From the NCBI GenBank assembly GCA_963782115.1, contig CAWAIK010000001.1, positions 544,001-608,000 of the forward strand: DNA of 64,000 bases. The letters run 5' to 3'. The position numbers were made by a program, and so were the translations under genes. Source of the DNA: an uncultured Verrucomicrobiae bacterium (GTDB lineage: Bacteria > Verrucomicrobiota > Verrucomicrobiia > Chthoniobacterales > JAFAMB01). A model generated the notes under the pieces. The model was not told the DNA's origin. It searched no databases and saw only the letters and a list, made by a program, of their open reading frames with translations. Below are positions 1-11,296 of the stretch, in pieces. How positions within the stretch are numbered: position 1 is the stretch's first letter; every line of letters starts with the position of its first letter.

Positions 1-229
1 TCTTCTGTCACGTCATTATTGAGGTTCAGCGTGCCGACAGTAAATGGCCCGCCGATTAGATAGAGATACGGCGGGGCTACTACCGCCCGCGGCGTTGAAT
101 GTGGCTGTCGCGCTCAAACTGCTTGGCACTGTGACAGGCGTCCAATCGCTACCACTTTGCGGTACCAGAAGAGGCCTTAAGGGGCGAGTCGCGGCGGCTC
201 CGCATGCCAGAGGAAATCGAAACGAAGAC

Positions 230-700
230 CTACCGATCGCTTAGCGCAACTTTTCGTTCCATTGCTAACAGGGGCCCCAATTGACGGGCTTCCACCCATT
301 GCCACGACAGCAGGGCTGGTACGCCAAACATTATTTCCCGCATCCGTTTGATCAGCGCCAGCGACAGCGCGACATCACCGCTCACGCCGGCCACATGGGC
401 GAACAACATCACGCCAGCCTCATGTACACCCAGCCCTGCGGGAACAATAAATGTTGCGTGGCGCACGGCTTGCGTCAATGCCTCGATCGCAATGGCGGCA
501 CCGATATCGACCGGATGCCCGAGTAATTTCAGCGCAAACATGTTTCTGCCGAGCCAATCACGTAGCTGGCCAACTGCCAGGCCAGGGTGCTAGGCGCGCC
601 GGCACCAACAGGAGCAGGAACCAGCCTGCGCGCGCGAAGGCCTGCAGCATGCTCGGCAGGCCTTCGTGTACCACCAGGCCGATCAGATATAGGGACGCCG
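230..700 (-). pseudogene. HpnL-like / lysylphosphatidylglycerol synthase TM-domain membrane protein, internally deleted and frameshifted
   Basis: N-terminal-like GLVVHEGLPSMLQAFARAGWFLLLLVPAR is joined near 590 to LAWQLASYVIGSAE, then frameshifts into FALKLLGHPV...VPAGLGVHEAG...LALIKRMREIMFGVPALLSWQWVE. Confidence 0.6.
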
Positions 701-1076
701 GGTTCGGAGCCAAACAGGGTGGCGCAAACGTCGCTTGATGGCGCTACAACGTCTTTGATAGATCGGTCATGCCGAAGCCATCTTGTCCGCCTTGGCGATG
801 GCACTAATCCGTTTCCAGAGCGGAGAGCAACCGCGCCACTTGGACCGGCGACGGGAAATTGGCGCGATCAACTTCTCGCCGGATTGACGGCGTTGGCGCA
901 ATTCCAACTTTTGTCGACACCGGGAATTTCGGTTCGCCATTCGAAAACAAATCGCCGTTCGGTTACCTTCCCGGCAGCGGTTTCCCTTTTGACGGTGTTG
1001 GATTTTCCGGCCAACTTTTCGGCGCCGGTTTTCGTGGTTTCGGTCGTGTCGGTTTGCTTGGCATTAGTTCCTCTTT

Positions 1077-1669
1077 TTACGCGGTGACCAATTCGGTTGA
1101 TTGCTCTTCGTCGTCAGGATCCGCCCATCTTCGCCGGCCAAGCAACGTCCGGCCTTCGGTGATACCGCTTGCCTCTTCATGCGCGGCTTGATGCCATTGA
1201 CGCAATCCCTGGTAGCGTCGGAAGAATAGCTTCCTGATTTTCTTAGCTTCTTCGAAGGTCAACTCGATTCCGAATTTGGTCCATGCTAGACGCGGAAACC
1301 TTCGGGCATTCTGGCCGTAGAGAAACCCAAAATTGACGGCTTTCGGCAAATCCCTATCCTCGCCGGTGACATCGGCGACAGCTTTACCTAAAACGGCGGC
1401 GGCGGTCGCTCGGTGCAAATCTTCGCCGGCGCCAAACGCCGCAATCATAGCTTCATTTGGGCAATCGACGCGGCGGCGCGCAATTTCATCGAATGATAAT
1501 CGGCGACGATGAACCGCCGGTCTGATCCGCAGGCAACGAAACATTCGCGCAACGGTCCGCGCGGTATGGTTTGCAAAGCCGGACTTGTGCAACTAAACCG
1601 ACCGCTTTCGGCGCCTAACGGATTAAAGTTTGTGTGAAGCCGAGCGTCGCCGGCGGCCTTCGTCGACAC
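1077..1669 (-). pseudogene. Family A DNA polymerase fragment (palm/fingers), frameshifted
   Basis: GRFSCTSPALQTIPR, motif A-like FIVADYHSMKLR, DLHRATAA, motif B KAVNFGFLYG and RTLLGRRR, split over two frames; motif C and the N-terminus are absent. Confidence 0.85.
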
Positions 1670-2920
1670 TTGATAGTCGTTTATGAGAAATAAGCCGTCG
1701 CTAATCGAAATCTTCGGCGCCCAGCCAGCGCCCTTGATTAATCGGGAACAAACACTCCTAGCTTCTTTGCGCGCCGTTTTGCTGGAAGCTAGCGGAAAAT
1801 TTACGAGCCCGCAGAAATCTCGAGATCTATCGGTAGAACAGCGCTAAACGGGTACCTTTTTCTAAAAAGTTGTACTTGCTTTCAGTATGCCAAAGCGCCC
1901 GCAGGGACGAAGTCCGATCTGCTCTCCTACCTTTGTCTCTAATGGTTGACACGCAGCGTCAAGGTCTTTACTTATGTGTAACAAAAGGCTACATCACCTC
2001 GGCCACACGGCTTCCCCCACAACAATGGTTAACGAGCAACGTCAAGGTTTTCGCTTAGCAGACATCTACGCCCCACGGACCGTCATCCTGTTTTGCCTTT
2101 TTTGGGCCTGGCTCGGTGACGTGGCGTCCATCCAAGCCACCGAACCCACGAACGGCTTTGACGTGTTGGTGGGCACCTATACTTCTGGCAAGAGCAAGGG
2201 CATCTACAGCTTTCGTTTTAATGCCGACACCGGCGACTTGCAACCACTCGCTTCACCAGCCGAGACCGTGAATCCTTCCTACCTCGTGGTGAGCGCAGAC
2301 GAAAAGTTTGTCTATGCGGTCAACGAACTGCATGGCTGTGGCAATGAGCAGGGCGCAGTCAGCGCCTTCCATTTCGATGCGGCATCTGGAGCGTTGACGT
2401 TTATTAACAAGGTTTCGTCCGTTGGTGAGGACCCTTGTTACGTCAGCCTGTCGCCCGACGGCCACAACCTTTTCGTGGCGAACTACAGCAGTGGCAGTCT
2501 GTCTGCCCTGGCTGTGCAGGCGGACGGCTCACTCTCTGGTCCAGTTGAAACGCTTACCCACCTCGGACATGGGCCCAATCCGGAACGTCAGAAGAGCGCG
2601 CACGTGCACATGGTCTTGCCCGCGCCGGACCATGACTTTTTGTTTGCGACCGATCTAGGTGAGGATCGGGTGTACGCCTATCGTTTGGAGCCGCGTAACC
2701 AGGCCTTCCCGTTGCACCCGGCGGAGCCACCGTTTACTGCCGTTACAGCGGGAGTCGGACCTCGGCATTTGGCTTTTGGTCATGATGGCCGGTTTGTCTA
2801 TCTGATTGAGGAAATGGGCGAAGCGATCGTAGTGTTTAAACGCGACGGAGCGCGCTTGGACTCGGTCCAGACGGTACGGGTGGCAGACAAGGAGTGGCCG
2901 GACGACACCGGGGCGGCGGC

Positions 2921-4282
2921 CTATAAGCATATACCTAAGGATTGCATTTTTCGGCCGATTGCGTTACGTCTTTGCAGATGACGCCATCGCAAAGCTTGAT
3001 TGAAGATCAATGGGAGGTCATTCGTCGGTTACTTCCCGATGATCTTGAACAGAGCGCTCGGGATTATGGAGCGATGCGACGGCGGCGAGGACAGGTCAGT
3101 AGCGCAGAGCAACTCTTGCGGCTAATTCTGATGCATGTCGCTGGTGGGCTTTCACTGGAGCAGACGGTCACGCGGGCTCAGGCGCGTGGACTGGCGACTC
3201 TTAACGCGATGGCACTACACAAACGATTGTGCACTTCTTATCAGTGGTTGGAAGCTCTGACCGGCTATTTGCTTCAGGAGATCAAACCGCATCTGCGCCA
3301 AAACGAAGATTGTTGGGGTATCGGCCGTCGGGTGCGGATTCTGGACGCCACTGACGTTCATGAACCGGGTAGCACGGGCAGTAGCTGGCGCATTCATTAC
3401 AGCCTGCGGCTGCCGGAAATGTGCTGCGATTTCTTTGAGCTGACCGATTATCACGGTGCGGAGAGTCTGCGCCGGCTTCCTGTGGAGCCAGGGGATCTGG
3501 TGTTAGTGGATAGAGGCTACAATGATCGCAAGGCGGTGGGCCAAATCTTGGATTGTGGCGGGGAACTTATCATGCGCTACAACAGCGGCGCTTTTCCATT
3601 GCTTAATCCTGCTGGGCATCCTTTTGATCCACTATCAAAATTACGTCCGCTCAAGATTGGACAGGCCGGAGAATGGGAGGTCAAATTTGTGGTGGAGAAC
3701 GGGCGGCAATTGTGCGCCCGGCTTTGCGCGATACGTAAGAGTCCCGAACAGGCCCGACGCGCCCGCGTGAGAGCTGAACGCAAATCAAGGCGTAACAACT
3801 CTCAAGTCCGGCCAGAAACCTTGGAGTATGCCGATTACGTGGTGCTCTTGAGTACCCTGAGCTCTAAGGAGATGAAACTGGCCGTGGTGCTGGAGTTTTA
3901 TCGCGCGCGCTGGCAGGTGGAACTAGCCTTTAAGCGTCTTAAGAGCCTCTTGCAGATGGGACAGGTTCCAAAGAAGAAAGAGGCTTCCTGCCGGGCCTGG
4001 ATGCAAGGCAAGATCTTGACGGCTCTGCTCATCGAACGGCTGCTCTGTGAGGCACGTTTTTTTTCCCCTTGGGGTTACCCACTTTGAACAGCAGAGCCAA
4101 TGGAACGTCTACAAAGAATTCCGCGACGCTTTAATCGTCCAGTTGGCGCTGCCGCTCAATCTAACCGACCTATCTAAGAACCGGACCTTATTCTGTGAGA
4201 ACTTCATGGAGAAGCGCCCCAACCGCCCAAGACAACTGAAACGGGTGCGCGCTGCGCTTAATTTTTAGGTATATGCTTATAG
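2921..4282 (+). mobile_element. IS4-family insertion sequence, 1362 bp, apparently complete
   Basis: Perfect 18-bp terminal IRs CTATAAGCATATACCTAA / TTAGGTATATGCTTATAG; 8-bp target duplication GCGGCGGC (2913-2920, 4283-4290). Confidence 0.93.
2978..4087 (+). CDS. IS4-family DDE transposase
   Basis: LDAT, LVDRGY and YRARWQVELAFKRLKS (YREK-type signature). Confidence 0.92.
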   Translation: MTPSQSLIEDQWEVIRRLLPDDLEQSARDYGAMRRRRGQVSSAEQLLRLILMHVAGGLSLEQTVTRAQARGLATLNAMALHKRLCTSYQWLEALTGYLLQEIKPHLRQNEDCWGIGRRVRILDATDVHEPGSTGSSWRIHYSLRLPEMCCDFFELTDYHGAESLRRLPVEPGDLVLVDRGYNDRKAVGQILDCGGELIMRYNSGAFPLLNPAGHPFDPLSKLRPLKIGQAGEWEVKFVVENGRQLCARLCAIRKSPEQARRARVRAERKSRRNNSQVRPETLEYADYVVLLSTLSSKEMKLAVVLEFYRARWQVELAFKRLKSLLQMGQVPKKKEASCRAWMQGKILTALLIERLLCEARFFSPWGYPL

Positions 4283-5102
4283 GCGGCGGCCCTGCACCTA
4301 TCTCCGGACGGTAAATTCGTCTACGCTTCCGACCGTGCGAACGCGAACGAGCTGGTAATCTACTCGGTCGATCCGCAGGGCGGCACTCTCATGGCGGTGG
4401 GTCACCAGGCCAGTTTAGGTGTCAAACCTCGGGACTTCTGCATTGATCCGACGGGCAAGTTCCTGGTTGTCGCCAATCAGGACAGCGACAACTTGGTGAT
4501 TTTCAAGCGCGACCTTGAGACCGGCGGCTTGACGTCCACTGGTAAACCGGTGGAAGTGGGTTCACCGGTTTGTGTGCAGGTAGTGCCTGTGCCCTGAGCG
4601 ATCGCCCGCCGACGCTTTGAACGATCGAACAGTTCCGTGGCATCCTGCGCCAGACGGTCAAGCTCGAGGTAATGGCGTGGCGGGTCGAGCCGGCTCAGAG
4701 TCCTGCTCGAAGCCGTACACCTCCGGCAGGATGAATATTGCCGCGAGCACGCCTATCAGAGGACGGATTCGCCACGAAGAGCGTGGCGGCCGCTTGGCCG
4801 ATGGCGTGAACAGGGCCGGTGGCTCGAGTAATTACTTCACGGCCGGGCCGAAACGACCCGCGAGTTCCTTCCACGAAGCTTTTTTTCAACGGTTACTATC
4901 GCCCAGAGGAGCGCGTAGCCTAATTGGATGTTCATGCGGTCACGATTATGCGGTTGGCGATGTGGGCGGTCTGTCCATGCGACAATCAACCTCGGAGCAT
5001 CTCCACGCCGGCAGCCTGCTGTTCTTCAGAGCCGTGAATGTGGGCGTATGTCACCACGCGCAATTGGAAGACCATCGCCACCAATGGGAAAGTGCTGCCG
5101 TC

Positions 5103-6353
5103 ATGACAGAGCATACTGCTGAACAAGTGCGGGAGAAAGTGGATGCCGTTTATCGCTCGGAGTCACGGCGGATCTTTGCGACCCTGATCCGCCTGCTCGG
5201 CGGCTTCGAGCTGGCCGAGGACGCGCTACACGACGCCTTCAGTGCTGCGCTCGAGCGATGGCCGAAGGAGGGCGTGCCCGCGAATCCGCGCGCGTGGCTC
5301 GTTTCGGCGGCCCGATTCAAGGCCATCGACGCGATGAGACGGCGCGCCCGGTTCGATGCGTCGCAGGCGGCTATCGCTGAGCAATTCGGAGCCGAGGCCC
5401 GCGACGCCGCGACCTTTGACGACGAGAGCATGGAGGACGACCGGCTTCGGCTGATCTTTACCTGCTGTCATCCTGCGCTGACGCCGGAAGCTCGCGTGGC
5501 ACTGACGCTGCGGGAGGTCTGCGGCCTGACGACCGAGGAGATTGCGCGCGCGTTCCTCACCCTTCCCTCCGCGCTGGCTCAGCGCATCGTGCGCGCGAAA
5601 GCGAAGATCCGCGATGCGGGGATTCCGTATCAGGTGCCGTCGGCTGCCGAGCTACCGGACCGCTTGAACGCAGTGCTCCAGGTGATTTACCTGGTGTTTA
5701 ACGAGGGATACTTCGCCTCGTCGGGCGAGTCAGTCACGCGGTCCGATCTCTCGGACGAGGCGATCCGTCTGGGGCGGCTGCTGGCCGAGTTGTTACCGGA
5801 GCGGGAGGTGTTAGGACTCCTTGCGTTGATGCTCCTGCAGGAATCGCGTCGCGCCGCGCGGACCTCGTTGACGGGCGACCTGATCTTGCTCGAAGACCAG
5901 GACCGCTCGCTCTGGAATCACGATCAGATTGCGGAAGGAAAGGCGTTGGTGGAGAGGGCGCTGTCGTCGCGCCGGTTAGATCCATACATGCTTCAGGCGG
6001 CAATCGCGGCCGTGCATGCCCAAGCGCCCAACGCTGCGGCCACGGACTGGGCGCAGATTGCCCGACTATACGGCGTGCTGGTGTGTGTGGAACCGTCGCC
6101 CGTGGTGGAGTTGAATCACGCCGTTGCGGTGGCGATGCGCGATGGTCCTGATGCGGGTCTGGCGCTGATCGACGCCATCCTCGCCCGCGGCGATCTAGCC
6201 GATTATCATTTGGCGCACGCGGCGCGAGCGGACTTGTGCCGGCGACTGGGGAGAACGGCGGACGCTCGAGCTTCTTACGAAATGGCGCTCAGCCTCGCTC
6301 GTCAGGAGCCGGAACGGCGGTTCCTCGAACGGCGATTGGCTCAGTTAGACTGA
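5103..6353 (+). CDS. ECF RNA polymerase sigma factor with C-terminal TPR-like extension (ECF42-like)
   Basis: [44 protein letters not shown]; adjacent to YCII genes. Start chosen at ATG 5103. Confidence 0.9.
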   Translation: MTEHTAEQVREKVDAVYRSESRRIFATLIRLLGGFELAEDALHDAFSAALERWPKEGVPANPRAWLVSAARFKAIDAMRRRARFDASQAAIAEQFGAEARDAATFDDESMEDDRLRLIFTCCHPALTPEARVALTLREVCGLTTEEIARAFLTLPSALAQRIVRAKAKIRDAGIPYQVPSAAELPDRLNAVLQVIYLVFNEGYFASSGESVTRSDLSDEAIRLGRLLAELLPEREVLGLLALMLLQESRRAARTSLTGDLILLEDQDRSLWNHDQIAEGKALVERALSSRRLDPYMLQAAIAAVHAQAPNAAATDWAQIARLYGVLVCVEPSPVVELNHAVAVAMRDGPDAGLALIDAILARGDLADYHLAHAARADLCRRLGRTADARASYEMALSLARQEPERRFLERRLAQLD

Positions 6354-6366
6354 GATGCAGTTTCGT

Positions 6367-6393
6367 TGTCGATTTGCAGCATCACCGAACGAC
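6367..6393 (+). promoter_or_regulatory. Putative ECF42-dependent promoter for the YCII genes
   Basis: TGTCGA (6367-6372), 17 nt spacer, CGAC (6390-6393), between the sigma stop codon and the first YCII start. Confidence 0.6.
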
Positions 6394-6440
6394 TAGCTGA
6401 TGAAAGAACAATTCCACCAAACCAACACAAGGAGAAAAAA

Positions 6441-6809
6441 ATGCGATTCATGGTAATAGTCAAAGCCACCAAGTCCTCAGAGGCCGGCGCCCTACCGAGC
6501 GAGCAGCTCCTCGCCCAGATGGGAAAGTTCAACGAAGAGCTGATCAAAGCCGGCGTGCTGCTCGCGGCCGAAGGCCTGCAGGCAAGTTCGAAGGGGGCGC
6601 GGGTAAAGTTCGCGGGGGAGACGCGGATGGTGATCGACGGGCCATTCGCCGAGACAAAGGAGCTGGTCGCCGGTTTCTGGCTATGGAAGTGCGCGTCGCT
6701 GCAAGAGGCGATCGAATGGATCAAGCGCTGTCCCAATCCCATGCCTGGCCAGGAGGCAGAGATCGAGATTCGGCAGGTGTTCGAGCCTGAGGACTTCAGC
6801 CACCCTTGA
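6441..6809 (+). CDS. YciI/YCII-related (DGPF) protein
   Basis: [34 protein letters not shown] upstream. Confidence 0.92.
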   Translation: MRFMVIVKATKSSEAGALPSEQLLAQMGKFNEELIKAGVLLAAEGLQASSKGARVKFAGETRMVIDGPFAETKELVAGFWLWKCASLQEAIEWIKRCPNPMPGQEAEIEIRQVFEPEDFSHP

Positions 6810-6831
6810 AGCCGCAAATCAGGAGAAAAAT

Positions 6832-7221
6832 ATGAGATACTTCTGCCTTGGATACATCGAAGAGAAGAAGTGGGACACGATGTCTGAAAGCGAGCGCAAC
6901 GCCATGTTGGATGAGTGCTTTGCCTACGACGACGTATTGCGGAAGAACGGTCACTTTGCCGGCGGGGAAGCACTCCAAAGCGCTCGGAACGCCATCACGC
7001 TGCGATGGCAGAACGGCAAGGTGTCCACCACCGATGGCCCATATGCCGAGACGAAAGAGCAGTTGGGCGGAATCCTCGTGCTCGAAGCCACAGACCTGAA
7101 TCACGCAATCCAGTTAATGTCGAAGCATCCGGGTGTGAAGGCGGGCCCCTTCGAGATTCGCCCGGTTGCGGACTTGACCGAGATGATCCGAGAAAGTGAA
7201 CAGCGGCGTGCGGGAGCCTAG
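6832..7221 (+). CDS. YciI/YCII-related (DGPF) protein
   Basis: [26 protein letters not shown]. Confidence 0.92.
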   Translation: MRYFCLGYIEEKKWDTMSESERNAMLDECFAYDDVLRKNGHFAGGEALQSARNAITLRWQNGKVSTTDGPYAETKEQLGGILVLEATDLNHAIQLMSKHPGVKAGPFEIRPVADLTEMIRESEQRRAGA

Positions 7222-7404
7222 CCTGCATTTTTCACAAACCCTGGAAACGTCACTACAGCGTGTTTGCTCCGCATTTAAGTCCAATCGTCCTCCGAGCCGC
7301 TTCCCAAGCGGCTCTACAGCGCGAAAATCTCACAAGCGCTTGGGCTTGTGAGATTTTCGGGCTAGCCCGAAAAGAACACGCAAAAGCCGAAGCGATGAGC
7401 TCAT

Positions 7405-7576
7405 TGAGCTTGACCTTCTGACGATTACGCTCAAAAAGCTTAACTTTGAGTTCAGACTCCAAATCGCGGATCTGGCGGCTAAGTGGAGGCTGGAAAACGT
7501 CTAAACGCTCGGCAGCACGCGAGAAGTTTAGTTCCTCGGCAACGGCAATGAAATAGCGCAAGTGACGTAATTCCAT
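7405..7576 (-). pseudogene. LysR regulator, HTH-only fragment
   Basis: [41 protein letters not shown]; similarity stops after about 57 aa. Confidence 0.85.
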
Positions 7577-7873
7577 GGGTGTTTCGACTCCCGGCTGGAC
7601 CGTAATACCTTTTGGGAATCACGTCAGGTCTAAAAGAGTATTTCCGTGAAAGGAGTGGTCGCGCCATGGTCCTTGCGTGGCTCCGATTTCAGTAGCGCCA
7701 ATCATGGATTTGTTCGGCCGATTTTCGAGTCCAGCTGTTCCGGACGAAAGACCGGCATTGTATCAGAGATCCTTGAAGCCGCTCTGATCAGGCCCATGCA
7801 AGAGTTATCCAAGACATTTTTGAAACATTGGTCTGAGGACACTTAAGAAGAGATTGGTAGAATGTATGAAATT

Positions 7874-8782
7874 ATGAAAGCAATTGTGATCCATGGCTAC
7901 GGCGGCCCTGAGGTATTGAGGTACCAGGACTATCCAGACCCAGTTCCAGGTGTAGGAGAGGTGCTGGTGCGGGTGGCTGCATCGAGCGTCAACCCGTTCG
8001 ATTTCAAGATCCGGTCCGGTTCCCTTAAGGACTTTTTCTCTCTGACTTTCCCAGCGATTCTTGGGCTGGATGTTTCGGGGACGGTCGAGTCCGTAGGTCC
8101 GGGAGTAACAACGTTTGCGCGTGGCGACAAGGTCTTTGCCCATGCGTCCCAAACGTACGCCGCACTCTGCGTAGTGAAAGCAACGGATCTGGCGAAAATC
8201 CCGGAGGGAGCGGACGTAGTTGATATCGCCGCTCTCCCTACGGTGACGACAACGGGAGCGCAGTTAGCTTCTCTCGCCCTGGGAGGAAGATCCGGTGCGA
8301 CCGTGCTCGTAACCGGTGCTGCCGGCAACGTGGGTCGATCGGCGGTCTATAGGGCGAAGAGTCGCGGGGCACGAGTCATCGCGGGCGTCCTGAAGAGACA
8401 AGTTACCCAGGCACAAGCCGCCGGGGCAGATAGTGTGGTTGCGTTAGACGATGCCGAGGCAGTGAAAGCTTTGGATGCGGTCGATGCAGTCGCGGATACG
8501 GTCGGCGGCCAAACCGCTGATGAAGTGATCAAGAAAATCAAACAGGGCGGAGTCTTCGCTTCTGTTTTGGGGCCGCCCAGCAACGCCGCAAGCTATCCAA
8601 CGGTGGAGGTGAAGCCGATGCAGGTCACTCCCGAACCCGCCGTCCTTCTTGCGATGGCTGAGGCCGTGCAAAAAGGAGCGTTCTCGATCCCTTTGGGTCA
8701 GAGGTTTCCGCTGAAGGATGCCGGCAAGGCACACGCAGCTGCCGAGAAGGGCGGCGCGGGAAAAATTCTTCTACTGGTGTAA
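7874..8782 (+). CDS. NADP-dependent oxidoreductase (MDR/quinone oxidoreductase family)
   Basis: YGGPEVL, SVNPFDFKIRSG, ILGLDVSG, TGAAGNVG, GKILL. Confidence 0.92.
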   Translation: MKAIVIHGYGGPEVLRYQDYPDPVPGVGEVLVRVAASSVNPFDFKIRSGSLKDFFSLTFPAILGLDVSGTVESVGPGVTTFARGDKVFAHASQTYAALCVVKATDLAKIPEGADVVDIAALPTVTTTGAQLASLALGGRSGATVLVTGAAGNVGRSAVYRAKSRGARVIAGVLKRQVTQAQAAGADSVVALDDAEAVKALDAVDAVADTVGGQTADEVIKKIKQGGVFASVLGPPSNAASYPTVEVKPMQVTPEPAVLLAMAEAVQKGAFSIPLGQRFPLKDAGKAHAAAEKGGAGKILLLV

Positions 8783-9007
8783 CCGGTTGGCGGCGGGCCT
8801 CCCCCAAACATGATTGGGTTCCCCAATTGGTTAAAGGCATTCGGGTAACCACTCCAACAGTAAAATAAGAGAGCGCCGTCAACATCTGTGTCTATGAGAC
8901 TGCTTTAATTGACAAAATTCGCGCAGCGTTTCCCGATACCACCATCCTGCTGACCGTTGACGGCTTAAATAGTTCGACGCTGGAAGCGAGCGTTGCGGTG
9001 AAGAAAC

Positions 9008-10171
9008 TTGAAGCTGCCGGATACTAGATTTGTTCAAAGCATTCAGACCACACTGTCGACGGACCGGGTAACCGCAACTGTCGAAAAGAATCTCCCACCT
9101 CTGACGATCGAGATCGAGTTGCGAGGGGCAGAGATGGCCAAATATCTCGCTGGCGTTGTGCCCCTGGAGTTGCTTCACAGTATGGAGATCGTCTTGCAGA
9201 GGTATGGTGATCCACGAGCAAGTGCAGCCCTGTTAAATTAAGAGCCTACCTCAGACGCGAGCCGACAGTCTTCTTGCTTCATGCGGCCATTATTCTCTTC
9301 TTCTTTCTCGTTGTGTTTTGGCTGCGACGCGAAGTGCACAAATGGACCGAGGAAGAGCCGAGTTTGCGGCGGGCCACGCCGGCCTTTGATTTGCCGGTTT
9401 CCACGGCTATAACGCTCTCTTTTCTTATTATGGGGCCGATCTATTCGATGGCCCCGTTTTTGCTCCGCGCGATACTTTGGGGAGTACTCCTTATTTCCAT
9501 CTCGTTCATTCTACGCCGGCTAATCAATCGAGCACTATTTCCAATACTCTACACCCTGATCGTGTTGTACTTTGTGGATCAATTGCGATTGCTCACTGCT
9601 CTTTTACCAATATTGGGCCGGTTAGTCTTCGGCGCAGAGATGTTAGGCGGAACCCTGTTTCAATGCTTCAGCGGCGTATCTGTGGCGTTGCCGGATTCCT
9701 GGCCTTCGTATACTGGGCAAGTCTGACCCTGAACTTTTTCGGGCTGCGAACGCCGTTGATCACGAGCACTGAAAAGGTGCTCCGGACGAACTTGGCAATA
9801 GGCTCCGAGCCTGCGTAATTCGCACGACGGACGGTTCCGAAGTCATTGTGCCAAACGGAACGATCATCTCCAATAAGGTAACCAACTGGACCCTATCGGA
9901 TTGGTACCGCGCGATTGAAGTGCCGGTCACGGTGGCTCGAGGCGCGGCTCCGCAACATGTGATCGAGGTATTGAAGCGTGTCGCTGCCAATCATCCGGGC
10001 GTCACAAAAGAACCGGTACCCCAAGCATATGCTGTTAGCTTTTCCTCCAACAAAGTCACCTTTAACCTTCGCGCGTGGACGGAGCGGTACGAAGACTGGG
10101 TCCAGGTGCGCAGCGACCTTTCTGTTGCCGTCGACGAGGCTTTGATCCGCGAGAATATTACCGTCGCCTGA
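9008..10171 (+). pseudogene. MscS/MscK-like mechanosensitive channel, copy A, with internal deletions
   Basis: RTTDGSEVIVPNGTIISNKVTNWTLSD; collinear with copy B (53204-54545) but lacks two blocks, at about 9661 and 9804. Confidence 0.85.
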
Positions 10172-10350
10172 TGCTCCGAAATCGATTCTCAACTAACGCT
10201 TAGGATTGGACCCTCTCTTTGTCCTATCCATTTGAATCCCGACACACTTGTTACTCCCAGCGTTCAATGCCCAATACTAGTTTATCTTGTCGACACCAAC
10301 CGGTAGTATCGAGAACGAAACAACGAATCACACCAAAGGAGACAAGACCG

Positions 10351-11115
10351 ATGAAACACCTGAACGGGACACGTGAAGAATGGCTGGCAGCGCGGCTGGA
10401 GCTGCTCGATGCGGAGAAGGAGCTAACGCGGCGCAGCGACGAGCTGGCGCGGCAACGTCAGGAGCTGCCGTGGGTCCGGGTCGACAAGGAGTACCGATTC
10501 GAGACCGATGAAGGGAGCGCCTCCCTCGCAGACCTCTTCAGAGGACGCTCGCAGCTCCTCGTCTACCATTTCATGTTCGGGCCCGACTACACGGCGGGGT
10601 GTGCGACCTGCTCGACGATTGCGGACGGGTTCGAGGGCTTCGTCGCCCACCTGGCCAACCACGACGTCACGCTTTCGGCAGTGTCGCGAGCGCCGCTCGC
10701 GAAGCTGCAGGCATACAAGCGGCGAATGGGATGGACGTTTCCCTGGGCGTCCTCGCTCGGTAACGACTTCAACTTCGACTTCAACGTCTCGTTCACGGAG
10801 GAGCAACAGCGCGAGGGGGTCGTCGAATACAACTACCGGCGCGGCGGCCACGCGATGGACGAGACACAGGTCCCGGAGCCCGTCGCCCAGAACGCGGCCA
10901 TGACCGGAACCGACGTGGCTACGTACACGCGCGAGAGGCCGGGCATGAGCGCGTTTGTGCTCGAGGACGGCGTCGTCTACCACAGCTATTCCACCTATGC
11001 GCGCGGACTGGACGGCCTCTGGGGCATGTACCAGTGGCTCGACCGCGCCCCCAGAGGGCGCAACGAAAATACGGGCGTCTGGTGGCTCCGCCACGACGAG
11101 TACGACAAGCGCTGA
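10351..11115 (+). CDS. DUF899 thioredoxin-like protein
   Basis: TREEWLAARLELL, QLLVYHFMFGP, CATCS, YSTYARG, WLDRAPRGRNE; AAGGAG RBS. Confidence 0.92.
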   Translation: MKHLNGTREEWLAARLELLDAEKELTRRSDELARQRQELPWVRVDKEYRFETDEGSASLADLFRGRSQLLVYHFMFGPDYTAGCATCSTIADGFEGFVAHLANHDVTLSAVSRAPLAKLQAYKRRMGWTFPWASSLGNDFNFDFNVSFTEEQQREGVVEYNYRRGGHAMDETQVPEPVAQNAAMTGTDVATYTRERPGMSAFVLEDGVVYHSYSTYARGLDGLWGMYQWLDRAPRGRNENTGVWWLRHDEYDKR

Positions 11116-11296
11116 GGAAGCAAACGAAGCGGAGGTTAAAATGCGGGACTTGATCGTCGCGGTGAAGATTTCTGTCGAGGACAACATCGACGGGGACATT
11201 GGCGGCATTAAATGCCCTTCCGAAAGGAGGAGACATGAGCGACGACGACACAAAAGATGACGAAAACTCAACTCAAAATAGGAAAGCAAAAACAAC

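Larger units (their letters stand above)
2025..4597 (+). pseudogene. Lactonase family (6-phosphogluconolactonase-like) beta-propeller interrupted by IS4
   Basis: VGTYT..GIY, NPSYL, VANYSSGS, HVHMV, GPRHLAF. Removing 2921-4290 restores ...DTGAAALHLSPDGKFVYASDR...PRDFCIDPTGKFLVVANQDSD to the stop at 4597. Confidence 0.92.

Noticed and set aside
1..170. Possible autotransporter-like passenger fragment on the minus strand (WTPVTVPSS..TATF..VGTLNL)
   Set aside because: Short, frameshifted and cut by the window edge; insufficient evidence
4617..5102. 162-aa N-terminal extension of the sigma factor ORF
   Set aside because: Not protein-like; family similarity starts at ATG 5103
7577..7600. TTCGACTCCCGGC resembling a tRNA T-arm
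   Set aside because: No acceptor, anticodon or D stems and no CCA; it lies in the LysR 5' region
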